A DNA stretch of 45,321 bases from a virus (lineage: Duplodnaviria > Caudoviricetes), in IMG/VR virus record IMGVR_UViG_3300025103_000041, positions 1 to 45,321 of that record. One strand, 5' to 3'. Under the pieces are notes generated by a model, which saw only the letters and a program-made list of their open reading frames with translations, was not told where the DNA came from and did no database searches. A program made the translations under genes and the position numbers. Within the stretch, counting starts at the first letter, position 1; every line of letters begins with the position of its first letter. Of this stretch, positions 9,149 to 16,918 are shown piece by piece.

Positions 9149-11779
9149 ATGGGTAAAAAAATTAAAGTTAGAAAGAAAACACCAGAAGCTTGGTACGCGG
9201 GTTCAACAATCCAACAGAATTATACAGAAGAACCTGCTCATGGATTTCTACTATGGGATGTTGAAACAAAGAAAGCTGAATTTCACAAAGTAGAAAACGA
9301 CTATGGATACAAGCTAATAGAAGTTATAGACGGGAACATACAAAATAAGATGAAATACATACCTCCTAAAGGTAATGTAAAAATTAAGTATTGGAACACT
9401 TCCCTCGAACAAATTAAAGACATTCAAATTGACTTACGAAAAAAGTATCCAAAACTAAAAGAGGTAAAGGCAGAAAAACAAGATGCGTTATCAAAGATAG
9501 ATGGTGTCGGTATAAACAAAATAGACATCGGTGATGTAAGAGATGTTGAATATCAAAATGAACTTATCACAGATTACTTGGCTAACAACATTGAAGGTGT
9601 AGATGCTGAAACAATCAAACGAGTTTGTGATATAAACGAAATGACCAACAACTCACCGGAAATATTCGACGGTGATATAACACGAAATGTTGATTGGAAA
9701 ATCAAATCATTTGAGTTTGATAATATGTTCTCTTATGGTAAAGGTAATAAGATTGACTTTGAAAAACTAAATGGTATAATCGGTGTAGTAGCACCAAACC
9801 ATTCTGGTAAATCAGCATTATTCGATGCAATCTCATACACAATCTATGATACTTGTTCAAGAACTGGTAAAGCGATGGAAGTTCTCAATAAAAAGAAACA
9901 AAAGTTCGTAGCTAAACTAAATGTAGAGGTAAATGGGGAAAGTTATTGGATTGAACGAGAGGGAACACTCCATTCTCGTAAAAGTAGAAAGACAGGTGAA
10001 GTAACTTACACTTGTCCAGTTGCTGTGAAGTTCTATATGATTGATGATAGCGATACTAAAGTAGATTTAAGTGGAGCAGCTCGTTTCAACTCACAATATG
10101 GTAGTGGAACAAATGAAGAGATACGAAGGATATTAGGAACATTTGATGACTTTATCTTAACATCACTTTCATTACAGACAAACGGAATGAATTTCATTGA
10201 TAAGAAACAAGCTGAACGAAAACAGATACTTTCTCAATTTATGGATATTGATATATTCGACCAATTATATGAAATAGCAAGGTCAGATAGTAATGAAGAA
10301 CGAATATTACTAAAACAATTCAGAAAGAAAGATAGTTACGCTGAATTAGCCACAGCTGACCAAAAGATTAGTGATTTAGAAGTCAAAGATGATGAATTAT
10401 CAACTGAAATAGATGAATTAAAAGATAAACTTTTAGATTTAACAGATGATAAGATAGAATTAAATAAAAAATTACATATAATTGGTGATAAGTTAGATGT
10501 TGAACAACTTGATTATGATAAAGCTTCAAAAACAATACAAAAACAAGACATAGAAAAACAACTTAAAGAAGATAAGAGTTACAGAGAAACATTACGACCT
10601 CTATATAATGAATATCACACAAAGTTGGCTGAGTTAGATGAAGAAAAGATTCAATCTGATTATGAACGATACCAAGATTTAGTATCAGATGTAAGACAAG
10701 TAGATACCAGACTAAAATCAATAACAGACCAAATCGACCAAAACGATGAATTACTTGAAGAACTTAAAAAGTATCAATATGATGAAGAATGTGATTATTG
10801 TACTCAGAATGGTGAAGAACACATCAATCATCAAGCACATATATCACGGAAGTTACTTAAATTAAACGAAGAATACACTAAATTAAAAGGTTCAAAGGTA
10901 TTAGCCGACTACGCTCTTGAAAAGGTTAAAGATGCCGAACAAAATAAACAAGATTTCGACATATTTAGTGATGAATTAAATCAAGTAACACAAGACGCAT
11001 ACAAAATCGGTGGTAAAATAACAACCCAAGAAGAAAAAATCAATACAATTAATGGTGAAATACGAAGTATAGAAGAAAAGATTAAGTTATACTATGATTT
11101 GGAAGAAAAAATTAAGGAAAACGAAGAAACAAACGAAAAAATATCAGATGTAACTGCTTCTATTATGTCAGAAACACATAAAAAACAACAACTTGACACC
11201 ACACATAGAAAAGTATTATCAAACTTATCAATAGCTAAGAACAATAAACAACAGATTGAACAAGATATACAAAATCTAATCGATGTAGAACAAAAGATAC
11301 TTGATTATGATGTTTATCTAATGGCGTTATCAAAAGATGGTGTTCCTTATGACTTAATTTCAAAGACAATCCCAATAATTGAACGGGAAGTAAATGAAGT
11401 TCTTGATAGTATGATGGTTGGGTTTTCTGTTAAACTTGAAATGGAAGGAAAGAACATCAATGCTTATATCTGTTATGGTGATGAGTGTTGGAATTTGGAA
11501 TTGTCGAGTGGAATGGAACGATTTGTATCATCATTGGCCATCAGAATTGGTTTAATAAACGTATCAACACTTCCCCGCCCCAATTTTTTTATTTTAGATG
11601 AAGGATTTGGTACATTAGATAGTGATAACATAGCAAATATGGAAGGTGCATTCAATTACCTCAAAACCCAGTTTGATTTCGTTATGATTATCACCCACCT
11701 AGATACAATCAAAGATTATATGGATACTTTAATCCCAATCAATGTAAATGATGGACTAAGTAAGATTACTTTCACTTAA
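9149..11779 (+). CDS. sbcC: SbcD C-terminal fragment fused to SbcC/Rad50 (gp46-like) ATPase
   Basis: N-terminal YAGSTIQQNYTEEPAHGFLLWD (Mre11 C-part), Walker A APNHSGKS, coiled coil with CDYC zinc hook, signature SSGME, Walker B FILDEGFGTLD, ITH. Confidence 0.9.
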   Translation: MGKKIKVRKKTPEAWYAGSTIQQNYTEEPAHGFLLWDVETKKAEFHKVENDYGYKLIEVIDGNIQNKMKYIPPKGNVKIKYWNTSLEQIKDIQIDLRKKYPKLKEVKAEKQDALSKIDGVGINKIDIGDVRDVEYQNELITDYLANNIEGVDAETIKRVCDINEMTNNSPEIFDGDITRNVDWKIKSFEFDNMFSYGKGNKIDFEKLNGIIGVVAPNHSGKSALFDAISYTIYDTCSRTGKAMEVLNKKKQKFVAKLNVEVNGESYWIEREGTLHSRKSRKTGEVTYTCPVAVKFYMIDDSDTKVDLSGAARFNSQYGSGTNEEIRRILGTFDDFILTSLSLQTNGMNFIDKKQAERKQILSQFMDIDIFDQLYEIARSDSNEERILLKQFRKKDSYAELATADQKISDLEVKDDELSTEIDELKDKLLDLTDDKIELNKKLHIIGDKLDVEQLDYDKASKTIQKQDIEKQLKEDKSYRETLRPLYNEYHTKLAELDEEKIQSDYERYQDLVSDVRQVDTRLKSITDQIDQNDELLEELKKYQYDEECDYCTQNGEEHINHQAHISRKLLKLNEEYTKLKGSKVLADYALEKVKDAEQNKQDFDIFSDELNQVTQDAYKIGGKITTQEEKINTINGEIRSIEEKIKLYYDLEEKIKENEETNEKISDVTASIMSETHKKQQLDTTHRKVLSNLSIAKNNKQQIEQDIQNLIDVEQKILDYDVYLMALSKDGVPYDLISKTIPIIEREVNEVLDSMMVGFSVKLEMEGKNINAYICYGDECWNLELSSGMERFVSSLAIRIGLINVSTLPRPNFFILDEGFGTLDSDNIANMEGAFNYLKTQFDFVMIITHLDTIKDYMDTLIPINVNDGLSKITFT

Positions 11780-11804
11780 AAATATATACTTTTTTCTTAA
11801 TTTG

Positions 11805-11814
11805 ATATTTATAT
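11805..11814 (+). promoter_or_regulatory. Putative late promoter box ATATTTATAT
   Basis: Exact intergenic copy before the tail-fibre gene. Confidence 0.7.
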
Positions 11815-11846
11815 GTGAATTATAGTATTAAATTAGGAGAATTGTA

Positions 11847-14714
11847 TTGTCTCAAAAATATGCCAACAGACTTGACCTTGATAAACTAAATGTTTTTGTT
11901 GAAACTGATAGTTCTAATCCGATGTATGTTCAAATTAACGGATTTCCAGACATATTTACATATGGTAAACATTATGGAACATTATCTATCGTAGATTCAC
12001 CAGATTCTCAATATGTTTTGAGAAATGGCAGTAAACTCCAGATAGAAGCTAAAGATAGAGATGGGACGGTAATCTATACTGATGTAACTGATGTTATTTC
12101 TGATAGTTTTAATGGTGCGATAGTATTTTATATTTGGATAAAAGAAGATCCATTACGAACTCATAAAGATATAAAAAATGGAACAGGTACACTTACGATA
12201 GTCGGTGAATTAGATAATGTTCCACCTAAATGGAAATATAAATCTAATTATAGATGTATATTACCAATAGAAATCCGAAAAGATTTACCAAATTCATCTC
12301 CAATATTATTCCAAGATATAAATACAATTCAACTAAGTTCAAGTTTTTCAGAATCTATTGATTTAGATACGGGTGATTCTAACTATAAACGAAGTTATCT
12401 CAATATAAGTGCAAGTCATCTTCATACGTATGGTGGAAAGGTTGATAAGATAGAAGCATCTTATCGTGAAACGCGAGCACAAAATAATGAATACAAAGTT
12501 TTAACAACATATCCATTAAGTAGTAGTGTTTATGAAATAACAGCTTCAAATTCAAAAGGACTTAATCCAATATCAGATTTACAAAAGTTCCCAGTTCCCA
12601 GAGATATTCGCAGAGAAGGTGATATAGAGTTTAGATTACGATTTCTAAATTCTAACGGAGAATTTGCACAAGACATAACTCAAAATAATGTCGATGTACA
12701 AATAACTGGTTCAATAACTAATTATTCAGGTTCTGCATTAATATTAGAAACACCAGATAACCTTGTTACTGGAAGTGGTGCTATTATGTTTGGTACAACT
12801 GTCAATGATGGTATTAGAATGACTTATGATAAGACAAAAGAATCAATATTAATGGATAATTATGTTGGTGGTGTTAGAAAAGGAAATATATTTGACTTTT
12901 CAACAAAAGATGGTGGTTCAGCTATTCACGATTCGGATAAAAACACATCCACAGAATCATCGGGTTCAGCTATATTAGCCGGTGAAGATAATGATATTTT
13001 CCAATCATCTGGTTCGTCAGTTGTATCTGGTATTGATAATAAAATAACTGGTTCAGAAGCATCTACTATAATGGCCGGAGATGGAAACAGAATATCAGCA
13101 TCAAAACAATCTGTTATTGGTGGTGGTGTTAATAATACAATATTCGGGGCAGGATATGGTGGAATATTTAGTGGTAAAGATAATTTAATAAAAACAGCGG
13201 GTACTGGATATGTATTTAATCTTATACTTGGGGGAGGCACAAATCAAATAACAAGTTCTGGCAATTCTGCAGATAAACATAATGTGATTGTCGGTGGTAG
13301 TAGTAATAAAATATATACAAATACAAGTGATGGTTCAGACCAACTAAATGTTATAGTAGGTGGGGGGGCTAATAAATTAGAAGGTGTAAATAATTCATAC
13401 ATTGGTGGTGGAACTACAAATCAAATTTTAGGTGAAGGTACTTTCTCATATATGTATGGTGTTATAAACGGTGGTTTCCAAAATAAAATAGATTTACCTG
13501 GTGGAGCAGGATTTGGTCCAACTATCGGTGGTGGTTATCAAAATGAAATAACGGCGAGTACATCTGGAGATTTTATTTTAAATGGTCCAACAATAGCCGG
13601 TGGTTATCAAAATAGAATATATTCATCTGAAGTCGATAATAAAGCAACATTCATTGGTGGTGGAGAATCAAATAAAATACAAGAATCAATATATGCATCA
13701 ATTCTCGGTGGATATTCAAATACAATAACAAATGCAAATTCAGGTTCAATTCTCGGTGGAACTAATAATAATCTAAATCACGACAATTCATTTATTATAG
13801 GAAGTGATATAACATCAACTGCTACAAATACAACTTATGTTAGTAATTTATCAACAAGCGGTGATTTAACAGTAGCTGGAAAAATAACAGCACAAGAATT
13901 TCATACAGAATTTACATCAGCGTCAATAATCTATTCAAGTGGTTCAACTCAATTCGGTGATACAATAGATGACACACATACATTTACAGGACACATAACC
14001 TCAAGTGGAAACATAAGTGCAAGTGGAACTTTAATTTCAAACGAATTGAATATTAGTGCTACAGATACATCAGAAGATGCTGTTCATTATCCATTATTTA
14101 AGAAGGCTGGACAAAATCTTGTTAATAATACAAATGGTTTGTTTTTTAAACCAAATACTGATACACTAACACTTGGTAATAATGGAGTTGTATTAGCAGG
14201 TAATCTTGGAAACATTACTGCAGCAGGTAACATAAGTGGAAGCGGTGAAGTTTACGCAGTTTCAGCATCATTCGGTTCATTAACAAATACAACAAATAGA
14301 TGGAATGATGGTTGGCATGGTAATGATGAATTTATTGCTATAACACCTGGTGATTTTACATTAACAAATAATTATAACAGAGGTGATGAATTTCCACCAT
14401 ATACTTCAGATGATGGTGGTTCAATTGTACCGTCAAGTACGGCAGTAAATTACTACGCTATAAAAATGATACCAAAAGGATTTACAGCAATTGAAGTTTA
14501 TATCTATTCAAATAGTACAGATACGATTTCGGTGTTTGAAGGTAATATAGTTAATGATACTTCAACAGCAAAAGGTACTGGAAATACAAACACCACGATT
14601 GATATAATAGATGTAGATGGTGATGGAACAAATTATATAGTTATTGAATGGAATCCAAATAATATAAACGATGAAATTCATGGTGGAAAAATTAACATAC
14701 AGAGGACAGTATAA
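11847..14714 (+). CDS. Putative tail fibre/adhesin with Gly-rich GxxNxI repeats
   Basis: AGGAG RBS and TTG start; about 15 (G)GxxNxI/L repeats at ~12970-13810; GNISASG-type fibre repeats in the distal part. Confidence 0.65.
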   Translation: MSQKYANRLDLDKLNVFVETDSSNPMYVQINGFPDIFTYGKHYGTLSIVDSPDSQYVLRNGSKLQIEAKDRDGTVIYTDVTDVISDSFNGAIVFYIWIKEDPLRTHKDIKNGTGTLTIVGELDNVPPKWKYKSNYRCILPIEIRKDLPNSSPILFQDINTIQLSSSFSESIDLDTGDSNYKRSYLNISASHLHTYGGKVDKIEASYRETRAQNNEYKVLTTYPLSSSVYEITASNSKGLNPISDLQKFPVPRDIRREGDIEFRLRFLNSNGEFAQDITQNNVDVQITGSITNYSGSALILETPDNLVTGSGAIMFGTTVNDGIRMTYDKTKESILMDNYVGGVRKGNIFDFSTKDGGSAIHDSDKNTSTESSGSAILAGEDNDIFQSSGSSVVSGIDNKITGSEASTIMAGDGNRISASKQSVIGGGVNNTIFGAGYGGIFSGKDNLIKTAGTGYVFNLILGGGTNQITSSGNSADKHNVIVGGSSNKIYTNTSDGSDQLNVIVGGGANKLEGVNNSYIGGGTTNQILGEGTFSYMYGVINGGFQNKIDLPGGAGFGPTIGGGYQNEITASTSGDFILNGPTIAGGYQNRIYSSEVDNKATFIGGGESNKIQESIYASILGGYSNTITNANSGSILGGTNNNLNHDNSFIIGSDITSTATNTTYVSNLSTSGDLTVAGKITAQEFHTEFTSASIIYSSGSTQFGDTIDDTHTFTGHITSSGNISASGTLISNELNISATDTSEDAVHYPLFKKAGQNLVNNTNGLFFKPNTDTLTLGNNGVVLAGNLGNITAAGNISGSGEVYAVSASFGSLTNTTNRWNDGWHGNDEFIAITPGDFTLTNNYNRGDEFPPYTSDDGGSIVPSSTAVNYYAIKMIPKGFTAIEVYIYSNSTDTISVFEGNIVNDTSTAKGTGNTNTTIDIIDVDGDGTNYIVIEWNPNNINDEIHGGKINIQRTV

Positions 14715-14715
14715 T

Positions 14716-15327
14716 ATGAATTTAATATATAAAAAAGATGTTTATGATAAGGATATTTTATTAAATACAACCGATAATATTGTGATGATGGAATGGGAAA
14801 AATCTTATATGAAAAAATGTATAGATAAACTTCAACCAAAAGGTGATGTTTTAGAAATAGGTTTTGGTATGGGATATTCAGCAACACAAATACAAAAGTA
14901 TAAACCTAAATCTCACACTATCATCGAAATGGATTCATTAGTAATTAAACGATTAAAGAAATGGGCAAAAAATTATGATAATATTATTATAGTAGAAGGA
15001 ACTTGGCAAGAAAAACTTAATGATTTGGGAAAATTTGATGAAATATTCTTTGATGATTATCCATTAAAACAACCGAAAAATGATTTAGAAAAGAGAATAA
15101 TAGGTGAAAGATTTTTTATGTTTTTAGATATTTGTTTATATTCACATATGAATGAAAATACCAAAGTATCAGCATACATTCACGACCCAGAAAGAAACTT
15201 AAAAACTAGAATGAAACAGAACAAAATGATAAAATATGAAGAATATTTTATGGATATAAATGTACCAGATAATTGCAATTATTATAGGGATGATAGGGGT
15301 TTAATTCCTATCATAACAAAGATTTAA
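14716..15327 (+). CDS. Class I SAM-dependent methyltransferase (GAMT/RMT2-like)
   Basis: VMMEWEKSYM, VLEIGFGMGYSA, HTIIE, FDEIFFDDYP; ATG 14716 directly follows the fibre stop. Confidence 0.8.
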   Translation: MNLIYKKDVYDKDILLNTTDNIVMMEWEKSYMKKCIDKLQPKGDVLEIGFGMGYSATQIQKYKPKSHTIIEMDSLVIKRLKKWAKNYDNIIIVEGTWQEKLNDLGKFDEIFFDDYPLKQPKNDLEKRIIGERFFMFLDICLYSHMNENTKVSAYIHDPERNLKTRMKQNKMIKYEEYFMDINVPDNCNYYRDDRGLIPIITKI

Positions 15328-15350
15328 TTATGTTAATCTTTAATAACTTT

Positions 15351-15360
15351 ATATTTATAT
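15351..15360 (+). promoter_or_regulatory. Putative late promoter box ATATTTATAT
   Basis: Exact intergenic copy. Confidence 0.7.
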
Positions 15361-15394
15361 ATGATAAACTATATACATAAATGGAGAAGTGTTT

Positions 15395-16147
15395 ATGCTT
15401 AAACTAAAAGATTTACTTAAAGATATACTTTCAGAGGGAGTTGATGATCCTGGTATTCTTAAAGCCGTCTTTTTAGCTGGTGGACCGGGAAGTGGTAAAT
15501 CATATCTTGCATCCAATTTATTCGGCATTCCTGAAAAAATTAACATATCGGCAACCGGATTAAAAATGGTAAATCAAGATAAGGAACTTGAAAACTTATT
15601 AGATAAATATGGTTTCGGTCACGATTTAGATAATATGCCAGAAGATTTATTCAGACAATTAACAGACCCAGATTATGAACATTATTCGAGTGCCAGAACA
15701 TTCACAAAAGAATTAAGTAAAAAAAGATTAAGGCATTATACAAATGGAAGATTGGGTGTTATTATAGATGGAACTGGTCACCGGTATGGAAAAATAGCAT
15801 CACAAAAAAAGAAATTGGAAAAGATAGGATATGATTCTTATATGATTTTTGTTAATACAAGTTTAGAAGTAGCATTGCAGAGAAATCAATCAAGAGATAG
15901 AGTAGTTCCAGAAGATATTGTAAAGAAATCGTGGAGTGATGTTCAAAATAATTTAGGAAAGTTTCAAGGTTTATTTGGGAATAATTTTATTGTAGTTGAT
16001 AATTCAAAGTTCCTTAAACCAAAAGAAGCACAAAAGAAATTTAGTATGCTAACCAAAAAGTATATAGACAAATTCGTTAAGAAACCTGTAAAAAACAAAC
16101 AGGGTAAAGAATGGATTAAAAAACAAAGAATACTTAAAAAGAGATAG
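15395..16147 (+). CDS. P-loop kinase (zeta-toxin/AAA_33/Pnk-like) with KLKDLL..SE leader
   Basis: Walker A GGPGSGKS, IIDGT, lid LQRNQSRDR; GGAG 8 nt before ATG 15395. Confidence 0.75.
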   Translation: MLKLKDLLKDILSEGVDDPGILKAVFLAGGPGSGKSYLASNLFGIPEKINISATGLKMVNQDKELENLLDKYGFGHDLDNMPEDLFRQLTDPDYEHYSSARTFTKELSKKRLRHYTNGRLGVIIDGTGHRYGKIASQKKKLEKIGYDSYMIFVNTSLEVALQRNQSRDRVVPEDIVKKSWSDVQNNLGKFQGLFGNNFIVVDNSKFLKPKEAQKKFSMLTKKYIDKFVKKPVKNKQGKEWIKKQRILKKR

Positions 16148-16149
16148 TT

Positions 16150-16278
16150 ATGGGAAAAAAGAAATTAGATAAACATAATTATTCAACCAAACTATTAAGA
16201 GTAGTTGATGGTGATTGTGAAAGTCAAGGTAGAGTAGTTCAACCATCAAAGAATGTGAGATTACCAATTGGATTATAA
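16150..16278 (+). pseudogene. Possible thermonuclease (SNase) N-terminal remnant, 42 aa
   Basis: YSTKLLRVVDGD matches the SNase RVVDGDT motif, then similarity ends. Confidence 0.4.
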
Positions 16279-16411
16279 AGAAAGATGTAGAATAGCTTAT
16301 TATTTGGGTAATTCACCACCTAAATCAGAAAAATGTGATAAGTGTAAGGGTTCAGGAGCAGATAAAAATGATGTAAAATGTGATTTTTGTGGTGGGAGTG
16401 GAACTTATTAA
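16268..16411 (+). CDS. Small DnaJ-type zinc-finger protein, 47 aa
   Basis: CDKCKGSG ... CDFCGGSG (two CxxCxGxG motifs); TTG start uncertain. Confidence 0.5.
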   Translation: MDYKERCRIAYYLGNSPPKSEKCDKCKGSGADKNDVKCDFCGGSGTY

Positions 16412-16413
16412 TA

Positions 16414-16560
16414 ATGCCAAGTAAAAAAGCAAAAGACAGAAAGATGTTAAAAAAAAGATTGAGGGAGTGGTGTAAGAAATATGGAAACACATCAATACAA
16501 ATCAAAAAATACAAAAAGAAACACGGAAAAGATAGTGTTCCAGCACCACCAAGACACTAA
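16414..16560 (+). CDS. Small basic hypothetical protein, 48 aa
   Basis: MPSKKAKDRK...; start directly follows the upstream stop. Confidence 0.5.
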   Translation: MPSKKAKDRKMLKKRLREWCKKYGNTSIQIKKYKKKHGKDSVPAPPRH

Positions 16561-16627
16561 CGCATATACTTTCATCGGTGATTGGATTTGGAACGAAGAT
16601 AATTCAATACAAGCAGGAGAAATGTAA

Positions 16628-16909
16628 ATGATTAAACTAAAAGATTTATTAAACGAAGCACTATGGAAAGCTCATGGTGGAAAACATATAATATCACCGA
16701 CAGGTGAAACAACATCAATACCATCACATTATGATAGAGATGCTGTTTTAGTTACTATTAAAAGAGATACTTTTAAAATTTATAATGGTAATGCTGGTAG
16801 ACCTTATGCGATAGGTAATAAATACGATAAAGAATTTAAAAATACAAATGATTTAGTCAAGTGGTTAAACAAAGAAAAAGCAAAATATCTTGGAATAGAT
16901 AACAGATAA
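16628..16909 (+). CDS. Hypothetical protein with MIKLKDLLNE leader (putative internal head protein)
   Basis: AGGAG RBS; leader ending in LxE. Confidence 0.6.
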   Translation: MIKLKDLLNEALWKAHGGKHIISPTGETTSIPSHYDRDAVLVTIKRDTFKIYNGNAGRPYAIGNKYDKEFKNTNDLVKWLNKEKAKYLGIDNR

Positions 16910-16918
16910 TGAGTTTAG

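Noticed and set aside
8840-9200. Split intein in sbcD
   Set aside because: No N-terminal Cys/Ser block, no C-terminal His-Asn followed by Cys/Ser/Thr, and the tails are far too short
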